64,000 bases of DNA. It comes from Thermoplasmata archaeon (lineage in GTDB: Archaea; Thermoplasmatota; Thermoplasmata; Lutacidiplasmatales; UBA184). Position 1 is the first letter of the stretch. Each line of letters begins with the position of its first letter. Shown here piece by piece: positions 1-8,800 of this stretch. Under the pieces are notes generated by a model. It ran no database searches, had not been told where the DNA came from, and saw only the letters and a list, made by a program, of their open reading frames with translations. Where the stretch lies: positions 2,911 to 66,910 of the forward strand of contig DASYYY010000030.1 of NCBI GenBank assembly GCA_035933635.1, in the 5' to 3' direction. The translations under genes and the position numbers were made by a program.

Positions 1-22
1 TCGGCGCGCCGAGGAAGCCGAG

Positions 23-301
23 ATGGTCTCCGTCGAGGTCGCCCACGCGAAGTGCACCGGCTGCACCCATTGCCGGGATGTCTGCCCGGTGACGGTGTTC
101 GAGATGCAACCGAGGGCCAACTTCGGCGACATCGTCGACGACGCCAACGTGGCCGCGAAGTTCCAGTTCCGCGCCGAGAAGTCCGCCGTGATCAACGGTC
201 CGGAATGCATCATGTGCGAGGCCTGCCTGTTCGAGTGCGAGGGTGAGTGCATCACCATCGTCGACGACGAAGGCAAGGTCCACCAGTCCACCTACAAGTA
301 G
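23..301 (+). CDS. Ferredoxin, 2x[4Fe-4S]-type (92 aa)
   Basis: Two Cys clusters, CTGCTHCRDVCP and CIMCEACLFEC. Purine-rich GAGGAAG lies just upstream of the ATG. Codon position 3 is G/C-rich. Confidence 0.8.
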   Translation: MVSVEVAHAKCTGCTHCRDVCPVTVFEMQPRANFGDIVDDANVAAKFQFRAEKSAVINGPECIMCEACLFECEGECITIVDDEGKVHQSTYK

Positions 302-387
302 GCCGGGATCCCTCCGGCCGGCTCGGCACCGGCCGTCTCGGGTGAAGGCATAACCCGCGGGGTCTTCGGACCGGCGGGAAGGCGTAC

Positions 388-1035
388 ATGAACGTCGGAG
401 TTCTCGGGACGGGCGACGTCGCCAAGGCGCTAGCGCGAGGATTCGTCGGCACCGGCCACTCGGTGCGGATCGGCACGCGGGACCCCCGATCGGAGAAGGC
501 GCGCGCGATCGCGGAGGCGGTCGGTCACGGTGCCTCCGCCGTCCCGTTCGCAGCGGCCGCCGAGTTCGGGGAGCTGAACGTGATCGCGGTCCAGGGACAC
601 GCGGTCGGCCCCGTGGTCGACCTGGCCGGACCCAAGGCGCTCGAGGGCAAGGACCTCCTCGACACGACCAATCCATTGGACTTCTCGCGGGGCATGCCCC
701 CCGGACTGTTCGTCGGGACGACCGATTCGCTGGGCGAGCAGATCCAACGCATGGTCGCGGGTGCGCGGGTGGTGAAGTGCTTCAACACGGTGCCGAACTC
801 TCAGATGTTCCGGCCCCGGGTCCCCGGGGGGCCGGCGGAGATGCTCATCTGCGGCAACGACGCGGACGCGAAGAAGCGGACCGACGCGCTCGTCCGATCG
901 TTCGGCTGGGCGGGAGCGCTCGACGTCGGAGGGATCGAGTCGGCGCGCTGGCTCGAGGCGCTCGTGCCCCTGTGGGTACGCACCGGGGTGGCGGTCAACT
1001 CCTTCGACCACGTGTTCCGGGTCGTCAAACCCTAG
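388..1035 (+). CDS. NADP-binding oxidoreductase of the F420-dependent NADP reductase (Npd/COG2085-like) family
   Basis: N-terminal Rossmann motif VGVLGTGDVAKALARGF. Conserved TTNPL and KCFNTV segments are typical of this family. GGGAAGG lies upstream of the ATG. Confidence 0.6.
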   Translation: MNVGVLGTGDVAKALARGFVGTGHSVRIGTRDPRSEKARAIAEAVGHGASAVPFAAAAEFGELNVIAVQGHAVGPVVDLAGPKALEGKDLLDTTNPLDFSRGMPPGLFVGTTDSLGEQIQRMVAGARVVKCFNTVPNSQMFRPRVPGGPAEMLICGNDADAKKRTDALVRSFGWAGALDVGGIESARWLEALVPLWVRTGVAVNSFDHVFRVVKP

Positions 1036-1076
1036 CCGGCCCTCGGGGGCGGTCGGGCACACGGCCGGCCGCGCGA

Positions 1077-1229
1077 TCAGGCCGTCGGCGAGCGGCACAG
1101 CCGCTCCCGCCCGGTTTCCCGGGTGCACTCCTCACAGACCATCACGTCCGGGCCGAGGGAGCGGTCCTTGGGGGGGTGGTGGTAGAGTACGGGGCAGCCG
1201 CACTCGGCGCACGGTTGGATCCGGTTCAT
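1077..1229 (-). CDS. Small zinc-ribbon protein (50 aa, below the ORF-track size cutoff)
   Basis: Hand translation gives MNRIQPCAECGCPVLYHHPPKDRSLGPDVMVCEECTRETGRERLCRSPTA, with a CxxC...CxxC pattern. Codon position 3 is high in G/C. An A/T-rich box (ATTTTTCC on the minus strand, about 1253-1260) sits about 28 nt upstream of the ATG, matching the leaderless promoter geometry seen elsewhere. Confidence 0.45.
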   Translation of the reverse strand: MNRIQPCAECGCPVLYHHPPKDRSLGPDVMVCEECTRETGRERLCRSPTA

Positions 1230-1315
1230 CGCGGGGCAGGCGAACGTCTGGGGGAAAAATCGTTGTCGACGAAAAACCGCCGGCGGAGAAGCCGCACTAC
1301 CGGCTACCGTTATGG

Positions 1316-2083
1316 GTGCTCAGAGTTGCCACGGGCAGGAACCGCGTGACCGAGCGACTCGTCTACGACGTCCTTCCCTCCACCCAGTCGCGCGCCGTCG
1401 AGCTGGTCCGTGCGGGGGCCGGCACGGAGACCTATGTGGTGGCGCGCTCCCAGAGCGAGGGACGCGGTCGCGGTGAGCACCGTTGGAGCTCGCCGCCCGG
1501 GGGGTTGTACCTTTCGTGGATCGGCCCGGACCTGTCGGCGTCGGGTCCTTCGGTCTCGCTGGCGCTGGCCGCTTCGCTCCACCAGCTGCTGGGCGAGCAG
1601 TGGGGAGTCCCGTCGGAGCTGAAGTGGCCGAATGACCTCGTATGCCCGGGCCCGTCCGGGCGGGTGCGCAAGATCGCCGGCCTCCTCCCCGAACGGATCG
1701 TCGGCCCGCGCGGGGCCCGCTCGGTCGTCGGGATCGGGCTGAACGTGGTCACGCCCCGCGTCGATTTCCCGCCGGAGCTCCGCGACCACGTGGCCGAGAT
1801 CTCCGACTATCACCAACCCCCGCCCCCGCTCGAGGAGGTCGAGGCCACCGTCGTCCGATGGCTCGGACGGACCTTGCCGGAGCTGGCGACCAGCGACGGG
1901 ATCTCCCGATGGCTTGCGGTGGGGAGGGCCATCCTCTACGGGCGCGGACGCGAGGCGAGGGTCGACGGTGTCCCGGCCGGACGCATCGTCGGTCTCCACG
2001 CCGATGGAGCGCTCTGGCTCGATGGTCCCCAGGGACCCTCCATTGTCCGATCGGGCGAGCTCTTCATCGAGGAGCCCACATGA
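1316..2083 (+). CDS. birA: Biotin-[acetyl-CoA-carboxylase] ligase
   Basis: Signature GRGRGEHRWSSPPGGLYLS (GRGRxxRxWxSPxGGLYxS) and KWPNDL. The stop overlaps the next gene start (ATGA at 2080-2083). The start is uncertain: GTG at 1316 or GTG at 1346. Confidence 0.8.
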   Translation: MLRVATGRNRVTERLVYDVLPSTQSRAVELVRAGAGTETYVVARSQSEGRGRGEHRWSSPPGGLYLSWIGPDLSASGPSVSLALAASLHQLLGEQWGVPSELKWPNDLVCPGPSGRVRKIAGLLPERIVGPRGARSVVGIGLNVVTPRVDFPPELRDHVAEISDYHQPPPPLEEVEATVVRWLGRTLPELATSDGISRWLAVGRAILYGRGREARVDGVPAGRIVGLHADGALWLDGPQGPSIVRSGELFIEEPT

Positions 2084-3630
2084 GCCGGCCGTTCGAGCGC
2101 TGGCGTCTCCAGCGGGCCAAGACCCTCGAAGGCGGCGGCGCCGATCGAGTGGCCAAGCACAAGGCCTCGGGGCGACTGACGGCCCGCGAGCGTCTCGAGG
2201 CGTTCTTCGACCCGGGGTCGTTCGTCGAGACCGGGCCGTACGTCACGCACCGCGTGAACACCTTCGGCCTGGAGGAACGGCGGATCGCCGGCGACGGGGT
2301 CGTCACCGGTTGGGGCGAGGTCGAGGGCCGGCCGGTGTGCGCCTTCGCCCAGGATGCGACGGTCTTCGGCGGCGCGCTGGGCGAGGCCCACGCCGAGAAG
2401 ATCGTGCGGGCGATGGAGCTCGCCCAGAAGGCCGGCGTGCCGATCGTCGGACTCAACGATTCCGGAGGCGCCCGGATCCAAGAGGGCGTGATGAGCCTGG
2501 GCGGCTACGGCGAGGTGTTCTTCCGCAATGTCCTCCTCAGCGGGGTCGTCCCGCAGGTCTCGGTCATCCTCGGGCCGTGCGCGGGCGGCGCCGTCTATTC
2601 CCCGGCCATCACCGACCTCGTCGTGATGGTCCGCGGCCAGGCGCAGATGTTCATCACCGGGCCCGACGTCATCCACGCGGTGACCGGCGAGTCGGTGACT
2701 ATGGAGGAGCTCGGGGGCGCCGACACCCACGGTGCGATCAGCGGCGTCTCCCACTTCGCCGTCGCCTCCGATACCGAGGCGCTCGCCCTGACCCGACGGA
2801 TCCTCGGTTTTCTGCCGCTCAACAACCTCGAAGAGGCGCCCGGCGCGGAACTACGCGAGCCCCCCGCGGAGGCCGCCGGTGAGCTCGCGGGGGTGGTGCC
2901 GGAAGACTCCAACTCGCCCTATGACGTGCACGACGTGCTGCGCCGGGTGATCGACCCCGAGAGCCTCTTGGAAGTTCACGCGCCGTGGGCGGGGAACATC
3001 ATCGTCGGCTTCGCCCGCCTCGGGGGCCGTGCCGTGGGGATCGTGGCCAATCAGCCCAAGGTGCTCGCCGGCACCCTCGACATCTCCGCCTCGACCAAGG
3101 CCGCCCGGTTCGTGCGGATGTGCGATGCGTTCAATCTTCCGCTCGTGACCTTCGTCGATGTACCGGGGTTCCTGCCCGGCACGCAGCAGGAGTTCGGGGG
3201 CATCATCCGTCACGGGGCCAAGCTCCTCTACGCCTACTCCGAGGCGACGGTCCCGAAGCTCACCGTCATCCTGCGCAAGGCCTACGGCGGCGCCTACGAC
3301 GTGATGTGTTCCAAGCACCTCGGCGGGGACCTCAATCTCGCCTGGCCGACGGCCGAGATCGCGGTGATGGGCGCCGAGGGTGCCGTCAACATCCTGTTCC
3401 GGCGTGAGCTCGAGAAGGAGGAGGGGCCCGCGCGCGGGGAGCTCCGCTCCCGGCTCATCGCGAACTACCGCGAGGAGTTCCTCAACCCCTACCTCGCCGC
3501 GGAGCGCGGATACCTCGACGACGTCATCGACCCGGCGGTAACCCGCCCGCGGCTGCTCCAGGGGCTGAGCGTGCTGGCGACCAAGCGGGAGGACCGACCC
3601 TCGCGCAAGCATGGGAACCTGCCCCTCTGA
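2080..3630 (+). CDS. Acyl-CoA carboxyltransferase, 12S/beta subunit (propionyl-CoA carboxylase beta / methylmalonyl-CoA carboxyltransferase family)
   Basis: 516 aa starting MSRPFERWRLQ. Conserved blocks are GRLTARERLEAFFDPGSF, GLNDSGGARIQEG, GPCAGGAVYSPA, FVDVPGFLPG and AYGGAYDVM. The track ORF 1642..3630 is an upstream in-frame extension that overlaps birA. Confidence 0.9.
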   Translation: MSRPFERWRLQRAKTLEGGGADRVAKHKASGRLTARERLEAFFDPGSFVETGPYVTHRVNTFGLEERRIAGDGVVTGWGEVEGRPVCAFAQDATVFGGALGEAHAEKIVRAMELAQKAGVPIVGLNDSGGARIQEGVMSLGGYGEVFFRNVLLSGVVPQVSVILGPCAGGAVYSPAITDLVVMVRGQAQMFITGPDVIHAVTGESVTMEELGGADTHGAISGVSHFAVASDTEALALTRRILGFLPLNNLEEAPGAELREPPAEAAGELAGVVPEDSNSPYDVHDVLRRVIDPESLLEVHAPWAGNIIVGFARLGGRAVGIVANQPKVLAGTLDISASTKAARFVRMCDAFNLPLVTFVDVPGFLPGTQQEFGGIIRHGAKLLYAYSEATVPKLTVILRKAYGGAYDVMCSKHLGGDLNLAWPTAEIAVMGAEGAVNILFRRELEKEEGPARGELRSRLIANYREEFLNPYLAAERGYLDDVIDPAVTRPRLLQGLSVLATKREDRPSRKHGNLPL

Positions 3631-3652
3631 CGGGGGGCCGACGGAAGGGGCC

Positions 3653-5176
3653 ATGGTCGGGATCACCGAGACCGTCCTCCGCGACGGGCACCAGTCGCTG
3701 ATCGCGACCCGGATGCGTACCCCCCACATGCTCCCGGCCGCCGAGCGGCTCGACGCGATCGGGTACCGTTCGCTCGAGGTCTGGGGCGGCGCGACGTTCG
3801 ACGTCTGCCTGCGCTTCCTGCACGAAGACCCCTGGGAGCGGCTGCGCCAGCTCAAGCGCGCGATGCCGCGGACGCCGCTGCAGATGCTCCTGCGCGGCCA
3901 GAACCTCGTCGGATACCGACATTACGCCGACGACGTCGTCGACCGCTTCGTCGCCCGAGCGGCCCACGACGGCGTCGACATCTTCCGGGTCTTCGACGCC
4001 CTCAACGACCCGCGCAACATGGCCGCGGCGCTGCGGGCCGTCAAGAAGGCGGGCGGCCGCGCCCAAGGGACGATCTGCTACACCCAGTCGCCCGTCCACA
4101 CGCTCGCGTCGTTCGTCGAGCTCGGCCGGACATTGGCCGGCCTAGGCGCCGACGAGCTGTGCGTCAAGGACATGGGCGGATTCATGCCGCCGGGCGACGG
4201 CGGCGCGCTTGTCCGAGCCCTCGTCAAGGAGGTGGGATTGCCCGTCGTCGTCCATACCCACTCCTCGAGCGGGCTCTCGACGCTGACCTCGCTCGCGGTC
4301 ACCGACGCCGGGGCCACCGCCTTCGACACGGCGCTGTCACCGTTCGCCGGGGGGACCTCCCAGCCGCCGACCGAGGCGCTCGTGGGGGCGCTACGGGGCT
4401 CCGACCACGACCCCAAGCTCGACCTCGGCGCTCTCGCCGACCTCGCCGAGTACTTTCGCGGCGTGCTCGACCACTACCTCCCGCTGCTCAACGTCCGCTC
4501 GCTCCAGACCGACCCGGGGATCCTCCTCCACCAGGTACCCGGGGGGATGCTCTCCAATCTGCTCAACCAGCTCAAGGAGTCGGAGGCCGCCGACCGGCTC
4601 GGCGAGGTGCTCGCGGAGGTCCCGCGCGTCCGTGCCGACCTCGGCTACCCGCCGCTCGTCACCCCCACGAGCCAGATCGTGGGGGTCCAGGCCGTCGTCA
4701 ACGTCCTTACGGGCGCACGATATCGCACGATCACCAAGGAGGTCCAGGACTACGTCCGGGGCCTGTACGGCCAGCCGCCCGGTCCGGTCGATCCGGATCT
4801 GGCCCGCAAGGTGCTGAACGGCGCTGCCCCCATCGCGGGTCGACCGGCCGATCTCCTCGGGCCCGAGTTCGAGAAATCAATGAACGAGGTACGCGCGCTC
4901 GTGCCGGCGGCCGACGAGGCCGAGGCCCTGTCCTACGCGATGTTCCCCTCGGTGTACAAAAGCTACGCCCGGGCCAAGGATCGCGGTTTGACCCCCGAGG
5001 TGCTCACGGCGGCCGGCCTCGGGATCGTGGCAGCGCTCCGGACACCGCGACCCCCTCCAGCGACCCCCGCCTCGAGCGCGCCGGGCGCCGGCGGGGTGAG
5101 CCGTTGGGCGCACGAGGGGCGCGTGCGACTCGGCTCCGGAGGGAGGTGGGTCGTTGCGCATCGAGATCCGCGTTGA
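3653..5176 (+). CDS. Carboxyltransferase 5S subunit (oxaloacetate decarboxylase alpha / pyruvate carboxylase B-like TIM-barrel domain)
   Basis: ITETVLRDGHQSL, EVWGGATFD, FRVFDALND and HTHSSSGLS motifs. GGAAGGGG precedes the ATG at 3653. A Pro/Ala-rich tail overlaps the next gene by 23 nt. Confidence 0.85.
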   Translation: MVGITETVLRDGHQSLIATRMRTPHMLPAAERLDAIGYRSLEVWGGATFDVCLRFLHEDPWERLRQLKRAMPRTPLQMLLRGQNLVGYRHYADDVVDRFVARAAHDGVDIFRVFDALNDPRNMAAALRAVKKAGGRAQGTICYTQSPVHTLASFVELGRTLAGLGADELCVKDMGGFMPPGDGGALVRALVKEVGLPVVVHTHSSSGLSTLTSLAVTDAGATAFDTALSPFAGGTSQPPTEALVGALRGSDHDPKLDLGALADLAEYFRGVLDHYLPLLNVRSLQTDPGILLHQVPGGMLSNLLNQLKESEAADRLGEVLAEVPRVRADLGYPPLVTPTSQIVGVQAVVNVLTGARYRTITKEVQDYVRGLYGQPPGPVDPDLARKVLNGAAPIAGRPADLLGPEFEKSMNEVRALVPAADEAEALSYAMFPSVYKSYARAKDRGLTPEVLTAAGLGIVAALRTPRPPPATPASSAPGAGGVSRWAHEGRVRLGSGGRWVVAHRDPR

Positions 5177-5717
5177 GGACCGCAACTCGGTCGCCGAGGT
5201 CGACCTCGCGGCAGGGACCGTCACCCTCGAAGGCCGCTCCCACCCGTTCACCATCGTCGGCACGCAGGGCGAGCGGGTCGAGCTGGACATCGACGGCGAC
5301 CGGATCGTCGTCGAGGGCTGGCCTCAGAACAACGAGCTCCCCTCTGCGCGACTGAGTGTGAACGGGGAGATCGTTCGGGTCGGAGAGGTCGTGCGAGGTC
5401 CGCTCGCGCGCGAGGCGGTCCCTCGCTCGGGGCCGTCGCCACCACCACCCGATCGCCCGAGGACCTCGCCCGCTCCCGTCGCGGCGAGCGACGGGCCGGG
5501 GATCGTGGTGCGCCCCCCGATGCCCGGGAAGGTGTTGGAGGTCCGGGTGGCCGAGGGATCCGCGGTGAAGCCGGGCGACATCTTGGTCGTGTTGGAAGCG
5601 ATGAAGATGCGCAACGAGGTCGCGAGCCCCGCGAGCGGCGTGGTACGGGGGCTCCAGGTCGCCCCGGGCACCAGTGTCAAGGCGCGAGACGTGATGCTCC
5701 GGATTGCGCCCGGTTAG
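5154..5717 (+). CDS. Biotin carboxyl carrier protein (1.3S-like) with an N-terminal extension of about 110 aa
   Basis: C-terminal biotinyl domain PGKVLEVRVAEG...LVVLEAMKMRNEV (EAMKM biotinylation motif). TTG start preceded by GGAGGGAGGTGGG. A Pro-rich linker precedes the biotinyl domain. Confidence 0.8.
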   Translation: MRIEIRVEDRNSVAEVDLAAGTVTLEGRSHPFTIVGTQGERVELDIDGDRIVVEGWPQNNELPSARLSVNGEIVRVGEVVRGPLAREAVPRSGPSPPPPDRPRTSPAPVAASDGPGIVVRPPMPGKVLEVRVAEGSAVKPGDILVVLEAMKMRNEVASPASGVVRGLQVAPGTSVKARDVMLRIAPG

Positions 5718-5808
5718 ATTCTTTTCACGCACTGTATACCGCGAATTTCAGCTCCGGCGTGTGACAGTGCATCGTGTCAGGCGATAGTACTGAACAACTT
5801 CCACGGAG

Positions 5809-5816
5809 AATTAAAT
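5809..5816 (+). promoter_or_regulatory. TATA-like box (AATTAAAT) about 28 nt upstream of ATG 5841
   Basis: The only A/T-rich octamer in a GC-rich intergenic region. The spacing fits a leaderless archaeal transcript. Confidence 0.4.
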
Positions 5817-5840
5817 CCTCGAACCTCTACGGCGGCGGCG

Positions 5841-8800
5841 ATGTCAACCTACCGCCGCATCGCCGTTGTCGCGCTCCTGGGGATACTCGCTCTCTCGTCC
5901 GTCGGATTCGCGGGGATCTTCCTCGTGACCTCCCACACGGGCGTCTCCGGCTACACCGTGGCCCCATCCAGCCGAGCCCCCGGGGTCCAATTCCTCTCCG
6001 GTCCGACCTGTAGCGTCACCGTGTCGTCGGAGAACCCGACGCACAACGCCATCGAGAACGAGATCCACAACTATTCCGGCACTCCTGGCTCGGTCGTCTG
6101 TATCGGAACCGGCACCTTCGACGAACAGTTGACCATCAACGGTTCGACCGACTTCACCCTCTGGGGCAATGGCAACGCGAGCACGCAACTCGTCCCATCG
6201 ACGATGGTCCTCAACGCCCACGACAACGACAGCTCCCCCGCCCTTCCGACCTACGCTGTGATCGCCGCGACGAACGACAGCGGACTGATCGTGGGGAACC
6301 TCGGCATCGATGGCTCGAGCGCCTACAGCTCCGTGCCCGGCTGCGACGCCTTCTACGGAGTCTTCTACAGCAACTCGTCGGGCGAGATCGTACAGACCTC
6401 GGTGAACGGAATCAACCAGCTCAACGGTTGCCAGTCACAGAACGCCATCTTCGCCGACAACGGCTTCCTCTCCTCCGGGGCGGCCCCCGCCGAATCGATC
6501 TACATCGGCAACAACACCGTCTCCGACTACGGCAAGAACGGGATCACCTGCAACGACCGCGGGCTGAACTGTGCGATTGTCGGCAACACGGTCTCCACGA
6601 CCGCGATGCCGCTCGGGGACTCGGCGACGAACGGTATCCAGCTCGCCTGGGGCGCCGACGGCTCCGTCGTCTCCAACCGCGTGAGCGGGAACGTCTTCCT
6701 TCCGTACAGCTGCACCGAAGGGAACTACTTCTTCACCGCGAACAGCACCTGCAACGGAGCCGCGATCTACAGCGCTTCAGGCATCCTGACCTACGCCGCC
6801 GGCGACCTGGTCCCGATCTCCCAGAACACGCTGTGGGACGACCAGTACCCGGTCGCGGTCGTGGGCAACCCGGCACAGGTCACCGGCAACACGATCGAGG
6901 GCGGCGCCTACGGGGTCGTCATCGACTTCAACGCCACTCCCGGCTGGCTGGGCACGCCCGTCTACGCCCATGCTCCCTACCAGAGCCTGGTCTCGGCGAA
7001 CACGATCGTCGGCTCGAACGTGGGCGTCCTGGCCTACGATTCCAACGTCACGGTCTCATTCGACGAGATCACCTCGACCAATGTCTCGGTCGAGTCCTCC
7101 ACGGACCTCCCGGTCCACTACATCGTCACGGTCTCGCACAGCGTCCTCGACGCGAACGTCAGCGGCGCCCTTCTCGGCGACGTCTCCTCGTTCCAGCCCG
7201 GCGACCACAGCATGCCGGTCGGAACGTTCACCGTCACCGGTGACACGATCACCAACGTCTCCGCCACCCCCGAGGGCGGTGTCCCGGTCTACGGGGTGCT
7301 CGCCACCGGCCTCGACGTCTCCGCCTCGCTGAGCAGCGTCGTCGGGTTCAGCCACGGCGTCGACGTCGTCGCGCCGGGCGCCGGGTCCGCCGACCTGGTC
7401 TCGCTGACCGTCAGCTCCCCGGCCACCGCCACCGCGGGCGAGGGGATCTACGCCTTCGCCGGCTCGGCGATCATCCAGGCCAACGAGGTCACGGGATACT
7501 CCTGGATGAACGGCGCCGGATGGTGGCCGAATTCCCAGGCGACGGGGATCTTCGCCCAGTGCCTGTCCAGCTGCACGGTCATCCAGAACTCCGTGAGCGA
7601 CAGCGCGATCGGCGTCGCGGTCCTCTCCTACCTCTACGGTCCCTTCCCGGCACCGTCGTGGCCGTTCGCGGCCCCGCCGAGCGCCGGTCCGATCAGCGTG
7701 ACCGACAACACGATCGTCGACTCCGGCGCCTTCGGCCTGGCGCTCGAGCTCAACCAGATGTCGAGCAGTTCGGTCGCGACCCCGAGTGTGACCGTCACGG
7801 GCAACACCATCGACCAGACCCTCTCCGGCGCGGTCGGTGCGATGTTCGACCAGGGCACCTACACGGTCGACGACAACGTGTTCCTGGGCACGAGCGCGTC
7901 GGGTTCGAGCGGCGTCAGCCAACCGACCGGCGTGGGCTCGATCGACACGGCGTCGATCCAGGTGCTGAACGCCTACGACAACATCACGAAGGCCACCCTC
8001 AACGCCAACCTGTTCGAGAACACCAACCTCTACGTCGCCGTGCTGAACCTGACCTCGACCGGCGGCTGGGCGAACGCCTCGTTCGGTGAGCCCGTGACCG
8101 TCAGCGAGACCGGCTTGGCGTCCTACGACAGCTGGTCGGCGAACGTCAGCGGCGCTCCCGCGATCGTCCTACCGGCCGGCGGCAGCGCGGTCCTGGACCT
8201 CCAGAACGGGAGCTACAACTACCTCGCCGCCACCCCCGACTCGCACTACGCGCCGACCGTCCCCTCGGGGTCGGTCTCGGTCAGCGGTGCGCCGGTCGGA
8301 CTGACCGTCGACTTCCAGCTCGTGACCTACGCGGTGACCTTCAGCGAGACGGGCCTGAGCTCCGGAACGAGCTGGTCGGTGACGCTCGGGGCCACGACCA
8401 AGAGCACCACGACGAGCTCCATCGTCTTTGACGAGGCGAACGCGAGCTACGCCTACTCGGTCGCCAACGTTCCGGGCTGGCACCTCTCCGGAGGTTCCTA
8501 CAGCGGCTCCGTCGTCGTCAACGGCGCGCCCGTGACCAAGAGCCTCACCTTCGTCCGGGTGATGTATTCTGTCGGGTTCAGCGAGTCGAACCTGCCCTCG
8601 GGCCTGAGTTGGTCGGTCACCTTCGACTCGGTGACCCACTCGCTGACGACCGATGGCGGTACCGATTCCGTGACCTTCTCGGTCCCGAACGGCACCTACA
8701 GCTACTCGATCGCGGACATCTCCGGCTGGCACATCTCGAGCGGATCCTACACCGGCTCGGTGGTCGTCAACGGCGCCGGCAGCACGACGGCCGTCACCTA

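Noticed and set aside
1642-2079. Upstream extension of the carboxyltransferase ORF (1642..3630). Similar in-frame extensions exist for srp54 (to 43939), lig (to 31655), glyA (to 28019), csl4 (to 28602) and SBP-2 (from 50366).
   Set aside because: The extensions overlap the preceding real genes and are Arg/Pro-rich. The conserved N-termini (MSRPFERW, MVLDSLGK, MRFVDLVAAYEKL, MAPPPTEEE, MSTSTHGRGDLVLPGD, MTTALQG) start at internal ATGs, often with an SD sequence or an ATGA overlap.
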